From: the human T2T-CHM13v2.0 reference genome, Homo sapiens
DNA length: 64,000 nt
Strand: one strand, 5' to 3'
Assembly (NCBI RefSeq): GCF_009914755.1
Contig: NC_060925.1
Positions 62,965 to 64,000 of the stretch are shown here, piece by piece. Made by a program: the position numbers and the translations under genes. Each line of letters starts with the position of its first letter. Position 1 is the stretch's first letter. Under the pieces are notes generated by a model. That model was not told the DNA's origin and searched no databases. It was given only the letters and a program-made list of their open reading frames with translations.

Positions 62965-63125
62965 TGTCTTGCTATTCAAAATGCAGCCTGTGGACAGCAG
63001 CATCACCCTTGAACTTGTCAGCACTGTAGACGTTTGGCCTCTACTCTCATACTGAATGAACCAGAACCTGAATTTTAAGATCTCCATATCCCATGTATTT
63101 CCATCAAAAGCCAAGAAGCACTGAT
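62965..63125. mobile_element. MER5A-like hAT remnant
   Basis: gctattcaaaatgcagcctgtggacagcagcatcacc...aaccagaacctgaattttaagatctcc...agaagcactg. Confidence 0.55.
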
Positions 63126-63512
63126 ACAATGCATAGAATGTGTGGTGCCTGATAATTAGAGCTCAATAAATATTACCCAATAGTAGCCACTTTTCATTCA
63201 CAAGTGGCAACAACGACCAAATATTCTATTTCACTTCTCTGTATATAATATATGACTTCAAAACATAATGCTTCCAAATATAGTAAACCACAGGGTTGAT
63301 AGAAAGGCAACAGGAAAATATATGGAAGGCCTAGAAGGGAAGGAGTTTAGTGGAGACACGGGATTCTTCACGTAAACAAGGAGCTAAGTGCCAATAGGTG
63401 ACTCATGTGAAAGACATTTAAGTGTCAGAAATTGGTGCAATAAAAATGCAATGGGCTTCTCACCTGAGTTATCCTTACTAAAGGAAAAAATTACAGTCTT
63501 TTCCCTTTACAA

Positions 63513-63682
63513 TTTTTTTTTTTTTTTTTTGAGACAGAGTCTCACTCTGTCACCCAGGCTGGAGTGCAGCAGATCTCGACTCACTTCAACATCCGCCTCC
63601 CGGGTTCAAGCTATTCTCCAGCCTCAGCCTCCTGAGTAGCTGGGACTACAGGCACAAACCACCACACCTGGTTAATTTTTGT
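63513..63682 (-). mobile_element. Alu right arm with tail
   Basis: Poly-T then gagacagagtctcactctgtcacccagg...taatttttgt. Confidence 0.9.
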
Positions 63683-63767
63683 GGGGCTTTTTGGGAACCA
63701 GCCCTTGTCCCAACAAACCACTGACCTCGGCCTCCAGGCCTGCCCTGGCTGGTCATCAGAGCAGTAA

Positions 63768-64000
<233 letters not shown>

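Overview
Human (primate) genomic DNA containing the 5' end of VAV3 on the minus strand. Coding exon 1 (60142-60345; [10 protein letters not shown]...RPQMSQ, the start of the calponin-homology domain) lies in a CpG-island promoter (~60000-61500). Everything to the left (1-60141) is part of the very large intron 1; exon 2 is not in the window. The rest is ordinary mammalian repeat landscape: about 20 Alus, L1/L2 fragments, MIRs, MaLR/ERV1 LTRs, Tigger/Charlie DNA transposon fossils and microsatellites. All other ORFs in the track look like repeat-derived, CpG-island or chance ORFs. I see no evidence of a novel multi-gene system. The best second-look items are: (i) an out-of-frame ATG right beside a candidate initiator, which would create a 127-codon overlapping uORF for upstream-initiated transcripts; (ii) a TSD-flanked L1 that keeps its 5'UTR, ORF1 and 3' end but lacks nearly all of ORF2; (iii) a tandem STAT (GAS) pair and a palindromic double AP-1/ETS/RUNX cluster as candidate intronic enhancers; (iv) a ~155 bp foreign GC-rich segment trapped between two Alu arms; (v) candidate antisense (VAV3-AS1-like) splice sites straddling exon 1. 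Repeat subfamily names come from recalled consensus sequences and were not computed.
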